Shown here: one piece after another, positions 1 to 10,824 of the stretch | How the letters are laid out: every line of letters begins with the position of its first letter | Position numbering within the stretch: the first letter of the stretch is position 1 | Assembly (NCBI GenBank): GCA_963737265.1 | Contig: CAVTRY010000009.1 | Span: 1-63,412, forward strand | Length of the DNA stretch: 63,412 nucleotides | Reading direction: 5' to 3' | DNA from: an uncultured delta proteobacterium | GTDB taxonomy: Bacteria > Myxococcota_A > Polyangia > Fen-1088 | Program-made: the position numbers and the translations under genes | The notes under the pieces: generated by a model | What the model was told of the DNA's origin: nothing | Databases searched by the model: none | What the model saw: the letters and a program-made list of their open reading frames with translations, nothing else

Positions 1-778
1 TAGCAAACGCGCCTGGAGCTCGTTCGGCAGCTCCCCGATTTCGTCGAGAAACAGGAATCCGCCGTGGTGGGCTTCGCCGATGAGCCCTGGCCATTCGCCA
101 TCCCCGGATTCGGGTAGTTGCGGACGTTTCCGAACAGCTCCGCATCGATGAGACCGGAGGGGATGGTCGCCGCGTTGCGCGATACGAGCGCTCGGTTCGA
201 CCTCCGGGACAGCCGATGTACCGCCCGCGCCGCGAGCTCCTTTCCGGTGCCGCTCTTCTCCATGCAGGAGCGCGTGGGAGTCGGCCTTGGCCGCGAACGC
301 GATCGCATCCCGCAGCGCCCAGATTGCCGGCGCTTCACCCAGGATTCCAAGTGGGTCGGGTTCACCGAACGGGTTCACTGCGGCAGGATTGAGATGACGG
401 AGGGCGGGAATGCGCGCCGGCCGACGCGTGCAGAAGAGGACGAGCTCCTGCCGGAGCCTCAGGAGGTGTCGCCGGGCCGGAGGGTGGCGGCGTCGCATCC
501 ACCCCGTTGACGCGCATGGAGCAGCGGCCCACGCGCCGCACTTCCACTCCCTCGGCGGTGGGCTGCACTTCGAGCTGGCGGCGCGACAAGGCGGCCGATC
601 CGAGCGGCTCGGGAGGGTCGAGGCGACCGGGGCGCGCTCGAAAGAAGCGCAGGCGAGGGTCTGGGCCGTCCGCTCCCCGACCGAGCACCTGAGGACCGCC
701 CTTCGCCGGAACGACCGCGAACTCGCCGACGCGCGCCGGTTCGTCCGGGTACCAGGCGACGACGAGCACGGTGACGCG
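1..778 (-). pseudogene. FHA-like + sigma-54 activator AAA domain protein, frameshifted, runs off window start
   Basis: Minus strand reads ...SGTGKELAARAVH...LIDAELFGNVRNYPNPG, then in another frame PGLIGEAHHGGFLFLDEIGELPNELQARLL; upstream part LGRGA...LSRRQLEV...MRVNG is FHA-like; several frame breaks. Confidence 0.75.
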
Positions 779-1124
779 GCCAGGTAGGCTCGAACCGGCG
801 CGAGCTCCGGCCGTGCCAGCACGGCGGCGTGGTGGAACAGGGCCAGCAGGTGCCCTTCCACATGGGTCACGTTCGCAGCACGAGCGTCGGGAATCGCCTC
901 TTCGGCGATGGCGGCCAACAGTTTGCGCAAGAAAGCCATCTCGATATTCGCCGCGATCCCACACCGCTCGGCAACCCGGAGGCGCAAGTAGGTTTCCACG
1001 TTGCGGTTGGGCACCACCACGTGCACCGGGACCAGGATCCGCTGCCCTTGCGTTCCCGCGCCAGGTTTTCCACGAACGCGTCCAGCAGCATCTCGGTGCG
1101 ATGGGACGTGTGGATAAGGATCAC
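776..1124 (-). pseudogene. recC: N-terminal fragment of exodeoxyribonuclease V gamma chain, frameshifted and truncated
   Basis: GTG at 1124: ILIHTSHRTEMLLDAFVENL, then shifted frame VHVVVPNRNVETYLRLRVAERCGIAANIEMAFL, resembling the RecC N-terminus (GIAANIE motif); homology ends near 776. Confidence 0.7.
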
Positions 1125-1171
1125 GAGACACACAATACCGCGCGGCCGTGACTTGCGTTTCTTTCATTTCC

Positions 1172-1339
1172 TTCGAACCCGAGATCACCGTCAAGCTTTC
1201 GCGCCAGCGCGACCCGCGCATCTACGAGGTTCCGATTTCCTATCGCGGTCGCGAGTATGACGAAGGCAAGAAGGTCGGGCTCAAGGATGCCTTCTGCGCG
1301 CTCTACTGCCTGACGAAATATGGGCTGCGGCGTAAGTAA
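1172..1339 (+). pseudogene. C-terminal fragment of a family-2 glycosyltransferase (DPM synthase-like)
   Basis: FEPEITVKLS...IYEVPISYRGREYDEGKKVGLKDAF is the typical GT2 C-terminus; no N-terminal part upstream. Confidence 0.75.
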
Positions 1340-1426
1340 CGGTTGGCCGCCCGGGGACCGCGAAGAATGGCCCGCGGCGCTTGCATCAGGTGATTCCGGC
1401 CACGCCTGCGCTACACTGGCGCGCGT

Positions 1427-3787
1427 ATGAAGTCCTCCGCAGAGATTGCTTTCGACCGGCGCTACCTTGAATTTCTCGATTGGCCCGAGGTGTGCGCCGA
1501 GCTGGCCCACCGAGCGCACTCGTCGCGGGGCGCGAGCGCGTGCCAAACCCTGCGGCTATGCGATTCAGCCGAGGACGCGCGCGCGCGCATGGCTGAGGTG
1601 TCGGAGGCGGTGGCAATTCTCAGCGCGGGCGAGTCGCTGCCGGCGCTGAGCTTCCCCGAGATCGAAATGCATTTGCGTTCGGTGGGCCAGGGCGTGCCGC
1701 TCGGTCCCGAGGAGCTCCGCCTGGTGGCGGATTTCTGCGAGGTCGTGGCCAACGGGCGGCGATTCTTCGGGCGCATCCAGCCCGACGGCGTGTTGCAGAC
1801 GCCGCGCCTATCGCGCCTGGCGACAGGGCTCGGCCATCACGAAGATTTGGTGCGCCTGGCGCGCGAGACCTTCGACGGAACGGGCGAGCTGCGCGACACT
1901 GCCTCGCCCGAGCTCGGTCGCCTGCGCTACGAGCGCGATCAGGTGGCTGCCCACGCGCGCGAGCAGGCCGAGCGCATTTTGCGTTCCGACGCTATCGCCC
2001 CGTACCTGCAGGACGAATTCGTGACCTTGCGCGAGGATCGCTTCGTTTTGCCCCTGCGCGCGTCGTTCAAGTCCATGGGCCTCGGCATCGTGCACGACAC
2101 TTCCCGCACCGGCGAAACCGTGTTCGTCGAACCGACCGCTCTCGTCGATCTCAACAATCGCTTGAAGGTGGCGGAGATCGAGATCCGGCGCGAAAGCCGG
2201 CGCATTTTGGAAGAGCTCGCGGCGGCGGTGTCGGCGGCGGCTCCTGGGCTGCGCAGCGATCGCGACGCGCTCACGCGCCTCGATGTGATCTGCGCGTCGG
2301 CCAGGCTGGCTGTCGCCTACGACGGCATGCCGGTCAAAATCGTCGACGAACCCATCGTCGATCTCACATCGCTACGCCACCCCTTGCTGGCCCTGCGTGC
2401 GGCGAATGAAAAGTGGACGGTAACCGCCAACAATCTGGTGCTGGGCGACGTGGAGGGCTGGAGCAAGGCCAAGGCCCTGGTCATCAGCGGTCCCAACGCT
2501 GGCGGCAAAACGGTTTTGCTCAAGTCGGTTGGCCTGGCCGTGCTGCTCGCGCGCGCGGGCCTGCACGTGCCCGTGGCCGCCGGCAGCAGCGTGGGATTTT
2601 TCCACCAGGTGCTGGCCGACATCGGCGACCAGCAGTCGGTGCTGGGCGATCTGTCGACCTTCTCGGCCCACCTGGCCAATCTGTCGGGGATGCTCGAACG
2701 CACGCGCAGCGCGACCGCCGAGAACCTGCTCATCCTGTGCGACGAGCTCATGGTGGGCACGCATCCCGATCAGGGCGCGGCGCTGGCGCGTGCCATGCTG
2801 GAGGCGCTGGCCGATGCGCCAGGGCTCATCGTCGTCACGACCCATTTCGACAGCCTGAAAACCCTTGCTGAAAGCGACGGGCGTTTTCGCAATGCCGGCA
2901 TGGAGTACGATTTGGTGAAGCTGCGGCCGACCTTCCGCCTCAAGGACGGCATGCCTGGGCGCTCGTATGCGCTCGACATCGCGGCCCGCATCGGCTTGCC
3001 GGAATCCGTGCTGGCGCGCGCGCGCCTGCTCATGAACGAAAGCAGCCTTGGTCTGGAAGAAACCGTGCGCCACTTGCAAGAGCGCGAGCAGGCCCTCGAA
3101 CGCGCCAGCCAGGATCTGGAAACCGCGCGCCTCGAGCTCGAAGAGGCCACGCAAGAGTTGGAAGTGCGCACCGACGCCGAGAAGGCCGCCACGGAGGCTC
3201 TCACCCGGCGCGAACGCGAGTTGGCCACGCGATCGCGCGAGGCCATCGATGCGGCCGTGCGCGATGCGCGCGGAGCGATTTCGGACATCGTGCGCGAGGT
3301 TCGCCGCGAACGCAGCCCGCAGGCCGCCGAGGCCGCGCGGCTTGCCCTGGAAAAAGCCGCCAAGGCCGCCACCGCCGAGCTGCCCGAGCCGCCGCCGCTC
3401 GACGTGAACAAGCTGCGCGCGGCGCTGGCCAATCGCGCCTTCGGCGCAAGCGACAAGGGCAAGAAGAGCCCGGCCGCGCCGCGAGCGAAAAGCCCCGCCC
3501 CGGATGCAGGCAAGGACGATTCCGGTCTGGTCTTGCAGTCGCGGGCCAACACCGTCGACCTGCGCGGCCAGCGCGCGGATGAGGCGCTCATCGAGCTCGA
3601 AGCCTTTCTCGACCGCACCGCCCTCGAAGGCGCGGATGCGGTGTTCGTGATCCACGGACACGGTACGGGCGCACTGCGCAAGGTCGTGCGCGAATACCTC
3701 GCCACCTCGCCCTACGTCGCGCGTTTTCGCCCCGGCGGCAGCGGCGAGGGCGGCGACGGCGTGAGCGTGGTGTCGCTCAAGGGCTAG
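1427..3787 (+). CDS. mutS2: Endonuclease MutS2 with C-terminal Smr domain
   Basis: ISGPNAGGKT Walker A, DIGDQQS...STFSAH, TTHF, GMPGRSYA; Smr motifs DLRG...IHGHGTGALR...GGDGVSVV. Confidence 0.95.
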   Translation: MKSSAEIAFDRRYLEFLDWPEVCAELAHRAHSSRGASACQTLRLCDSAEDARARMAEVSEAVAILSAGESLPALSFPEIEMHLRSVGQGVPLGPEELRLVADFCEVVANGRRFFGRIQPDGVLQTPRLSRLATGLGHHEDLVRLARETFDGTGELRDTASPELGRLRYERDQVAAHAREQAERILRSDAIAPYLQDEFVTLREDRFVLPLRASFKSMGLGIVHDTSRTGETVFVEPTALVDLNNRLKVAEIEIRRESRRILEELAAAVSAAAPGLRSDRDALTRLDVICASARLAVAYDGMPVKIVDEPIVDLTSLRHPLLALRAANEKWTVTANNLVLGDVEGWSKAKALVISGPNAGGKTVLLKSVGLAVLLARAGLHVPVAAGSSVGFFHQVLADIGDQQSVLGDLSTFSAHLANLSGMLERTRSATAENLLILCDELMVGTHPDQGAALARAMLEALADAPGLIVVTTHFDSLKTLAESDGRFRNAGMEYDLVKLRPTFRLKDGMPGRSYALDIAARIGLPESVLARARLLMNESSLGLEETVRHLQEREQALERASQDLETARLELEEATQELEVRTDAEKAATEALTRRERELATRSREAIDAAVRDARGAISDIVREVRRERSPQAAEAARLALEKAAKAATAELPEPPPLDVNKLRAALANRAFGASDKGKKSPAAPRAKSPAPDAGKDDSGLVLQSRANTVDLRGQRADEALIELEAFLDRTALEGADAVFVIHGHGTGALRKVVREYLATSPYVARFRPGGSGEGGDGVSVVSLKG

Positions 3788-3791
3788 CCAG

Positions 3792-5795
3792 ATGAAGCGA
3801 TCGGTGGAAAGATTTCTTCTCGGCGTCCTGGTCGCGGCGGTGGTGGTGGCCGCCGTGCCCGCCCTGGTGCAGCTCGGCTGGCACGCGCGCATCTTCGCCG
3901 GCCGCGCCACCTTTCCCCTCGACCTCGAATGGATGGAAGGCGGCATGCTCGTCCACGCCCAGCGCATCGCCCAGGGCAAGGGGATCTACGTCGAGCCATC
4001 GCTCGATTTCATTCCGTTTCTCTATACGCCGCTCTATCCCGCGCTGCTGGCCGTGTTGTCGTTCGTCGCACCGCTCGGCTATCTCATGGGGCGAGTGGTT
4101 TCTCTTGTCGCCTTCGCCGGAGCGCTGGCCCTGATGGTTGTCGGCTGTGTGGGCGAAACACACGGACGTGGGCCGCGCATTCTGGCGGCGCTGGTAGGCA
4201 TCGGCGGCGCCGGCGCGGTTGCCGCCAGCTCTGCCTTCACGGGAAATTTTTACGATCTGGTTCGCTCGGATTCGCTGCTGCTGGCGCTCGAGGCGCTGGG
4301 CCTGTGGCTCGCGCTGCGCGGTCAAGGATGGAAGAGCGCTGGCGGCGCGGGCGCGCTGATCGCGCTCGGCTTCTTCACCAAACAGACAGCCACGATTTTG
4401 GGCGTTGGGATCGGGCTTGGACTGCTGGTCGCGAATGTTCGCCGCGGGCTCGTCTACGCCGGGGCGGCGGCCCTGGTTCTCGGCGGCGGACTTGGCCTGC
4501 TCGTCAAGACCTCGGGCGGCTGGTTCTGGACTTACATCTTCAAATTGCACCAGAGCCACGTCTTTCGCATGGAAGCGGTCACCGACGTGGCGTGGCCGTT
4601 CACCCGGCAATTCGCCTGGCCGCTTTTTGTCGCTCTCATTCTGGCCACCCTTGGGTTGGCCCTGGCGCGCAAGCTGCGCCGGAGCGACGCCATCCTGTGG
4701 GCGGCGGCGGCGGCGGGCGAAGTCGCCGCTCTGGTGGGATTTGGCACCCAGTGGGCGGACATGAACGCCTTCATCCCGGCGATCTTCTTTCCCGCGTTCG
4801 CCGCCGCGGTACTGTCCGCGCGCCTGCTCGACGCCGCCCTCGTCGGACGGCGCTGGGGCGCGCTGTTGGTGGCGTCCGCGACGGTCGTCCTGCTTGGCTC
4901 GCAGAGCCTGCACACGGCGCAGCCCGCGCCGCGGCGGGGACCCGTGCGTTTTCCCATCTTCTCCGGCTGGCCCAGGCTTAGTCGCACGTTGCCTGCGCTG
5001 TCGAGCGTAGTTCCGAGCGCCCAGGATCGGGTTGTCGCCAGCCGACTCCTCGGTGAATTGCGGGCTCTGCCGAGCCCGCTGTTCATTCCCTTCCACACCT
5101 ACTACGCCGTGCTCGTCGGCAAGCAGCCATTCGTTCATCGCATGGGCGTCCGCGACATCGAGGCGGCTCTCGGTCGGCCCCAGGGGCTCGACCAAGCCCT
5201 GCAAAGCCAGTTCTTTCCCGCCATCGTCCTCGATTGGAAGTCTTTTCCCGGCGAATGGCCGTACTTGGACCGCCGCTATCACGTTGTCCATGAATTCGTG
5301 GAGGGAGTGGATTCGGTGCGCACGTTTGCCGGTGCACAGACCTCGCCGCGCCAGTTGCTCGTGCCCACGGTCGAGCCGCCGCCGATCCCCGCGGGCGGCT
5401 GGCGGATGTTCGATTTCGAACGCGGCGAGTTCGCCGGTTTTTCCGTCGAGGGAGCGGCCTTCGGGCCGAGCCCGGCGCCTGCGCCCATCGGGATGTACGG
5501 TCGGTACGCCGCAGACTCGGGGCGCGGCGGCCCGGCGGCGCGGGGAATTCTGCGCTCGCGGCCCTTTGTGGTAGAAACCGCCCATCTACGCTTCGTGCTG
5601 GCCGGGCCGGTCGACCCGGGACTGCGGGTTACCTTGCGCAGCGACGGTGCAGTCGTACTCAGTGCCACGCCGTCTGGGGCCGCCCGCGTGCAGGAATGGA
5701 ACACCACTCATCTCGTCGGCAAGACCGTCGAGCTGGTGTTGCAGGACGACTCGACCCAGGGAGCGCTGGTCGCCGACGAATTCGTCGCCTATTGA
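3792..5795 (+). CDS. Multi-pass membrane protein, probable GT-C-type glycosyltransferase with soluble C-terminal domain
   Basis: Many hydrophobic segments; LEWMEGG, YTPLYP, R.D (VRSDSL) and FFTKQT motifs typical of ArnT/PMT-like proteins. Confidence 0.65.
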   Translation: MKRSVERFLLGVLVAAVVVAAVPALVQLGWHARIFAGRATFPLDLEWMEGGMLVHAQRIAQGKGIYVEPSLDFIPFLYTPLYPALLAVLSFVAPLGYLMGRVVSLVAFAGALALMVVGCVGETHGRGPRILAALVGIGGAGAVAASSAFTGNFYDLVRSDSLLLALEALGLWLALRGQGWKSAGGAGALIALGFFTKQTATILGVGIGLGLLVANVRRGLVYAGAAALVLGGGLGLLVKTSGGWFWTYIFKLHQSHVFRMEAVTDVAWPFTRQFAWPLFVALILATLGLALARKLRRSDAILWAAAAAGEVAALVGFGTQWADMNAFIPAIFFPAFAAAVLSARLLDAALVGRRWGALLVASATVVLLGSQSLHTAQPAPRRGPVRFPIFSGWPRLSRTLPALSSVVPSAQDRVVASRLLGELRALPSPLFIPFHTYYAVLVGKQPFVHRMGVRDIEAALGRPQGLDQALQSQFFPAIVLDWKSFPGEWPYLDRRYHVVHEFVEGVDSVRTFAGAQTSPRQLLVPTVEPPPIPAGGWRMFDFERGEFAGFSVEGAAFGPSPAPAPIGMYGRYAADSGRGGPAARGILRSRPFVVETAHLRFVLAGPVDPGLRVTLRSDGAVVLSATPSGAARVQEWNTTHLVGKTVELVLQDDSTQGALVADEFVAY

Positions 5796-5849
5796 CCGGC
5801 CTTCGATTGCCAGCCTGGCCATTCCGTGCGGCTGTTGTAAATTTCCGCC

Positions 5850-6737
5850 GTGACCAACGCACAGCTTCCCATCCTCTCGCCCGTGCCGCCGGCCGGCAAG
5901 TTCCTGACTCTTCATCTTGCGCCCGACGCGGATGCGCGAAGGGCGCTGGCTCGCCTGGCCGAGATTCCGCATCAGGCGGATCTCATCGTCGGCCTCGGCG
6001 ACCCGTGGCTGCGCGCCCTGACCTGCACGATTGAGGGATTCCGGCCATTTCCATCGCTCAGCGGAGCCAAGGGCGCCGTTCCCTCGACCCAGGGCGATCT
6101 GTGGCTGTCCTTGGGTGGCAAGGATCAGGGGGCACTCCTTCATCGCGCGCGTTCGCTCCTCGGCCAGCTTGGCGACTCGTTTGCGCTCGTCGAAGAAGTT
6201 TCGTCGTTCGTGTTCGACAGCGGCCGGGATCTAAGCGGCTACCAGGACGGCACCGAGAATCCCAAGGGTGAACGCGCGGTGGAGGTGGCGCTGGCGAAGG
6301 GATCGCGTCCGGGTTGGGCGGGCAGCAGCTTCGTGGCCGTGCAGCGCTGGGTCCACGATCTGACGACGCTCGAACGGATGCCGCCCGACGAGCGGGACCA
6401 GGTTATCGGCCGGCGGCATGGGTCGAACGAGGAAATCGAGGACGCCCCGGCCTCGGCCCACGTCAAGCGTGCGGCGCAAGAGAGTTTCCACCCCGAGGCG
6501 TTCATGTTGCGGCGATCGATGCCCTGGGGCGATGTGCGGCAGAACGGCCTCTACTTCGTGGCGTTTGCGCGCAGCCTGGATCCCTTCGAGCGCGTGCTCA
6601 CCCGCATGGTGGGCCTCGAGGATGGGATTCCGGACGCGCTCTTTCGGTTCACCAGGCCGGTCACCGGCGGTTACTACTTCTGCCCGCCCGTCCGCGACGG
6701 ACGGCTCGACCTGCGCGTGCTCGGTGCGAGCAAGTAG
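5850..6737 (+). CDS. Dyp-type peroxidase
   Basis: RDLSGYQDGTENP (GxxDG), IGR, SAHVKR, MLRRSMPW, TGGYYFCP. Confidence 0.93.
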   Translation: MTNAQLPILSPVPPAGKFLTLHLAPDADARRALARLAEIPHQADLIVGLGDPWLRALTCTIEGFRPFPSLSGAKGAVPSTQGDLWLSLGGKDQGALLHRARSLLGQLGDSFALVEEVSSFVFDSGRDLSGYQDGTENPKGERAVEVALAKGSRPGWAGSSFVAVQRWVHDLTTLERMPPDERDQVIGRRHGSNEEIEDAPASAHVKRAAQESFHPEAFMLRRSMPWGDVRQNGLYFVAFARSLDPFERVLTRMVGLEDGIPDALFRFTRPVTGGYYFCPPVRDGRLDLRVLGASK

Positions 6738-6757
6738 CCGGATCGTTCGACGACAGC

Positions 6758-9097
6758 CTAGAACACGACCCCCTGCGGGATCGTGCAGTTCGTTTCGCAG
6801 TGGATCTTGGCGTCCGGGCTGTCCGACGGGTTTCCGCTGCTGTCCAGGGCCACACCGTTGAGCGAACCGAGGTCGCACTCCTCGCCGAGATTGGTGTCCG
6901 CGAAGCCGTCGCCGCAGTAGTGGGTCTTGGTGCAGCCGAGGGTGCAGCCGCCGTTGCCGTTTTGGGTGCCGTTGGCGGGGCCGTTGTCGCATTCTTCCGG
7001 GCCATTGACGATGCCGTCGCCGCAGTAGGTTCCCCACGTGCAATGGGTCGAGCAGCCACCGTAGGCGGTATCGCTGTTCGGACCCGTGCAGCTCGCGGGG
7101 GCCGGCACCGTTCCATCGCCGCAGTCGCACTCCTCGTCGGCCACGGCGACCCCGTCGCCGCAGGTGGGGACGCAACTCGTAGGGGAGGCATTGAAGCCGC
7201 TCAGGGTTAGCTTGTACGACGATCCAGTGGTCTGACGTTCCGCTTGAAACACCGCGATCTCGTAGACCTTGCCGTCCTGTAACCCGAGCGTGGCGGGCTG
7301 AATCGGGGCGGGCACAGGAATGGGATAGGTCTGGGTGATGGTCGTCGTGCCGTTTCCGTTTGCGGCGATGACAATCTTGCCATCGATGGGGGTGTGTAGA
7401 CCGCCGAGATCCACGGCAAGTTTCCGGTTGATGAACACCCACACATCGTCGTCGCCCACGAAGTCGAGGGTGTAGCTCTTGGTCTTGTCATAGGGGAACC
7501 AATAGCGGACTTCGCTGGTGAAGCTGAAGTTGTGCAGACGATCCTTGCCGTTGGCATCCACGTCGTGCGGCCAGCTTGCCGTTGCATCGTAATAGGGTGG
7601 AATCGTAGCAAAGCTGCGTTCAGTAAGAGGCGTGAAGAGATCGTCATCGACAGGGAAGAAGAGTGGGTTGCCGTCTGCTTTGGAGACGATGATCGTGGCA
7701 CTGTAGCCGTTGGGGCCCGTTGTGCACGTGAGCAATGTCCCTCCGGCGGCCACCAAGGTGTCGCATTCGGTTGGGTTCGGATCGATGGACGTGCACGGGA
7801 TGGGATTGCCGGCTGCATCTGTCTTTTCCCGTCCCACGGTGCCGCAGTAATAGGCAATCTTGGTGGTGTTCCACTGGGCGCCGTCGGCTCCGTACCGGTT
7901 GACGTAGTTGCCCTTGCCATCGTTCCAAAGGGTCATTTTGGACGGGGTCGCGTGATTGACGCCTGTTGTGTCTTTGTACCACTCGGCGAACGAGGCGACG
8001 CTGGCCACATGGGCGTTGGCGATACCCGAGTAGACCGGCTTGCCATATGCATCGAGAGTCGCTTGGACCATGCCCGGGAAGGGAGCATAGGATCCTAGTG
8101 CCCCGCTCTCGAAATCCGTGGGATTCTGATATCTGAAGTCGCGATAGATCACCGGGACCTTCATCGTGTTGCCGAGCGGCGGTTGCGTGCAGGTCCAACC
8201 GGGCTCGATCTGGCAGGCACCTGAGCAGCCGTCGCCACCGGCCGCGTTGCCGTCGTCGCACTGCTCGCCGAGTACGATGCCATCACCGCACTGTGAAGTG
8301 CACCCCGACGTTCCCGAGCAGTCGGGTTCGATCTGGCAGTCCTCGGAACAGCCATCGAACGGCACGGTGTTGCCGTCGTCGCAGCCTTCGCCGCCCTCCT
8401 TCTTGCCGTCGCCGCACACCGTGGGCGAGCACTTGCTCGGCGTGCCGCTGCATTTGAAGCCAATTTCGAGTTTGCAGGTAGCCGAACAGCCGTCGCCGCT
8501 CGTGGTGTTGCCGTCGTCGCACGCCTCGGTTCCGCTCACAATTCCGTCCCCACATTTGGGCGTGCACGGCTTGCCGGGAACGCGACATTGGAAACCGGGC
8601 TCGACGGTCTTGCAATCGGCTGAACAGCCATCGCCACTCACGGTATTGCCATCGTCGCAGGTTTCGTTGGAAGTCAGAATGCCGTTGCCACAGACGGCTA
8701 TGTTCTTACAAGGTTGTCCAGGCACAGGACACTCGTAGTTGCTTTCAATCTGGCAGATCTTGCTGCAGCCGTCGCCACTCGTGGTGTTGCCGTCGTCGCA
8801 TTGCTCGGCCCGCTCTCGAATACCGTCGCCGCAGAATCCGCCAGAGGGAAGATCCACGCTGGCATCAGGCGTGGTGATAACGATGCCCCCGCCGAACGAG
8901 CCGCTGTTGCCGGCATTCGCTCCTGAGAAAGCGCCCATGCCACCTGGCCCGCCCGATCCGCCCGCCCCGCTATTGTCGATCGTGGGGTTGGTGCAGCCTG
9001 GGCCTGCAAGCACTGCAATCATGGCCAGACTGACGAGTGCGAAATGGCCTGCTGGAGAACGACCGCCGAAATGGCGTGAAATCCTGATTGTGGTCAT
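6758..9097 (-). CDS. Fibro-slime (PA14-like) domain protein with myxobacterial Cys-rich repeats, probable lipoprotein
   Basis: Repeated CGDG...ExCDDGNxxxGDGCS units; [36 protein letters not shown] fibro-slime motifs; start placed at MTTIRIS. Confidence 0.9.
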   Translation of the reverse strand: MTTIRISRHFGGRSPAGHFALVSLAMIAVLAGPGCTNPTIDNSGAGGSGGPGGMGAFSGANAGNSGSFGGGIVITTPDASVDLPSGGFCGDGIRERAEQCDDGNTTSGDGCSKICQIESNYECPVPGQPCKNIAVCGNGILTSNETCDDGNTVSGDGCSADCKTVEPGFQCRVPGKPCTPKCGDGIVSGTEACDDGNTTSGDGCSATCKLEIGFKCSGTPSKCSPTVCGDGKKEGGEGCDDGNTVPFDGCSEDCQIEPDCSGTSGCTSQCGDGIVLGEQCDDGNAAGGDGCSGACQIEPGWTCTQPPLGNTMKVPVIYRDFRYQNPTDFESGALGSYAPFPGMVQATLDAYGKPVYSGIANAHVASVASFAEWYKDTTGVNHATPSKMTLWNDGKGNYVNRYGADGAQWNTTKIAYYCGTVGREKTDAAGNPIPCTSIDPNPTECDTLVAAGGTLLTCTTGPNGYSATIIVSKADGNPLFFPVDDDLFTPLTERSFATIPPYYDATASWPHDVDANGKDRLHNFSFTSEVRYWFPYDKTKSYTLDFVGDDDVWVFINRKLAVDLGGLHTPIDGKIVIAANGNGTTTITQTYPIPVPAPIQPATLGLQDGKVYEIAVFQAERQTTGSSYKLTLSGFNASPTSCVPTCGDGVAVADEECDCGDGTVPAPASCTGPNSDTAYGGCSTHCTWGTYCGDGIVNGPEECDNGPANGTQNGNGGCTLGCTKTHYCGDGFADTNLGEECDLGSLNGVALDSSGNPSDSPDAKIHCETNCTIPQGVVF

Positions 9098-9226
9098 TGG
9101 GAATTTCCTCGCGGCGCAGAGACGAACACGCGGACCTGTGGGCACATCCTGCTCTAGCTGGGTGGCAGGATGCTAACCTTTTCTTGCATTTTGGCTTGGA
9201 AATGGCGGCAACACTGGCAACGCATC

Positions 9227-9251
9227 CGAATTTACTTCGCGGACGAGGGGA
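9227..9251. repeat. REP-like dispersed repeat, copy 1
   Basis: CGAATTTACTTCGCGGACGAGGGGA identical to 32467-32491. Confidence 0.8.
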
Positions 9252-9388
9252 TGGCCGCGGCGCTCCCTTCAACAATCTTCAAGACGGGTCCATTGATGGA
9301 CACGTCTTGAGTAGGGAACACGCCCACACCGCTGGCGTCGCGCATCGAAGATAGCGCCGGTCAGCAAGGCGGGCTAAAGTCCCAACTG

Positions 9389-10264
9389 ATGACTCCGACC
9401 GCTTCGTCGTCCCAAGTGCGCTCCGCGCGGCTGCTGACGCGCATGGAGAAGCTGGCGCGGGTCTACGAGGAGGAGGTCTATCCGCTTTTTGGTCAAAAAC
9501 TGGCGGATCTGCTAATTGCAGACCTCTCCCTACCAACGCATTCGCACGTGTTGCAAATCGGCTGCGGGCTCGGGACGACCACGACGGAGCTTCTGCATCA
9601 GACCGACCCGGACAGCCGTCTCATCGCGGTCGAGACTTCACCAGCGTTCGTCGAAAGCGCGCGCGCCAACGTCGCGTCCGAGCATCTCGGTCGCCGCGTC
9701 TTTTTTCGCGCGCACGATATCGCCACCCGACTGCCCTTCGCGGAAAACGGCTTCGACCATGTGCTGGCCAACGTGGTGTTGGCCGATCTGGCCGACCCGG
9801 CCCTGCTGATGTCCGAGCTTGTTCGCGTCACCAAGCCCGGTGGCGAATTGCGCCTGGCCACCCCGCTCGCTGGCACCTGGCAGGAGTTTCTCGATGTGTA
9901 CTCGGACGTTGTGGTGCGCTTGCGCAAAGCTGACATGGCAGAAGCGTTGGCGGCGTACGGCAGAAGCTTCCCCGAGCCCGAGGCGTTGGCTTGCCAATTG
10001 GAGGCGGCTGGCATGGGGACCATCGCGGTCGAAACCGCGCACTGGGAGCTGGTCTTTCGCACCAGCCGAGAGTTTTTCTACGCGCCCGTCATCGAATGGG
10101 GACCGCTCGCCCGCTGGAAGGCCATCGCGGGAAAGGGGCCGAAGATGCAGGACACCTTTCTCGCGGTCAAGGAAGCAATCGATACCTATTTTGCCGGTCT
10201 TGCGTTCAGCGTCAGCATCGTCGCCGGCGTCTTCTCGGGCGTCAAAGCCACGCCGGAGCCCTGA
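9389..10264 (+). CDS. Class I SAM-dependent methyltransferase-domain protein
   Basis: VLQIGCGLG motif I, LPFAENGFDHV, RVTKPGG. Confidence 0.8.
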   Translation: MTPTASSSQVRSARLLTRMEKLARVYEEEVYPLFGQKLADLLIADLSLPTHSHVLQIGCGLGTTTTELLHQTDPDSRLIAVETSPAFVESARANVASEHLGRRVFFRAHDIATRLPFAENGFDHVLANVVLADLADPALLMSELVRVTKPGGELRLATPLAGTWQEFLDVYSDVVVRLRKADMAEALAAYGRSFPEPEALACQLEAAGMGTIAVETAHWELVFRTSREFFYAPVIEWGPLARWKAIAGKGPKMQDTFLAVKEAIDTYFAGLAFSVSIVAGVFSGVKATPEP

Positions 10265-10341
10265 TCTACTTCCTCCCAGACTCTTCGCGAAACCCGACTG
10301 TTGGTGCCCGGCTGCGCTTTCGTTTCCGCGCTTGCCGCATC

Positions 10342-10368
10342 TCAAGACCTCAGCAGGTCCGCCGATGG
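10342..10368 (+). promoter_or_regulatory. Candidate sigma-28 (FliA-type) promoter
   Basis: TCAA-N15-GCCGATGG versus consensus TAAA-N15-GCCGATAA, 33 nt before the hemerythrin start. Confidence 0.5.
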
Positions 10369-10401
10369 GATTGGGGCCTGCCAATTTCAACGAGGTTACT
10401 C

Positions 10402-10809
10402 ATGGCATTGATCACCTGGACCGAAAAGATGAGCGTAGGAGTCGCGAAGATCGACAAGGAGCATCAGGGGCTCGTGGAGATGCTCAACACGCTCCACGGC
10501 GAAATGCTTGCCGGCCGTGGCAAGGATGTGCTCGGCCCTACCCTCGGCAAACTCATCCAATACACTCAGACGCATTTCGCCGGTGAAGAGTTGCTCTTCC
10601 GCGTTCACGCCTACCCCCAGGCCGCGGACCACAAGAAAGAGCACGACGCCTTTACCGCCAAGGCCAAGGCCCTGGAAGCGGATTTCAAATCGGGAAAGGC
10701 CGCCATCACGAGCGATCTAATGAACTTTCTGCGCGATTGGCTGACCAAGCACATCTTGGGCGCGGACATGCAATACAAGCCCTATTTCGCCCAGAAAGGC
10801 CTGAAGTAG
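10402..10809 (+). CDS. Bacteriohemerythrin
   Basis: W...SVGV..ID.EH, HFxxEE, HxxEH, WLxxHIxxxD iron ligands; ATG at 10402 after GAGG RBS. Confidence 0.95.
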   Translation: MALITWTEKMSVGVAKIDKEHQGLVEMLNTLHGEMLAGRGKDVLGPTLGKLIQYTQTHFAGEELLFRVHAYPQAADHKKEHDAFTAKAKALEADFKSGKAAITSDLMNFLRDWLTKHILGADMQYKPYFAQKGLK

Positions 10810-10824
10810 CGAAAGAAGAGAACC

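Noticed and set aside
2372-5585. Long antisense and alternate-frame ORFs here and throughout the window (e.g. 2372-3979, 3777-5585, 14710-16281, 44478-46424)
   Set aside because: Expected shadows of high-GC coding sequence; Arg/Ala/Pro-rich with no motifs and overlapping well-supported genes
5850-6737. DyP as encapsulin cargo
   Set aside because: No GSLxIGSL-type C-terminal targeting peptide and no adjacent encapsulin gene
9991-10401. Long N-terminal extension of the first hemerythrin
   Set aside because: Overlaps the methyltransferase; the RBS and the paralogue's length support ATG 10402
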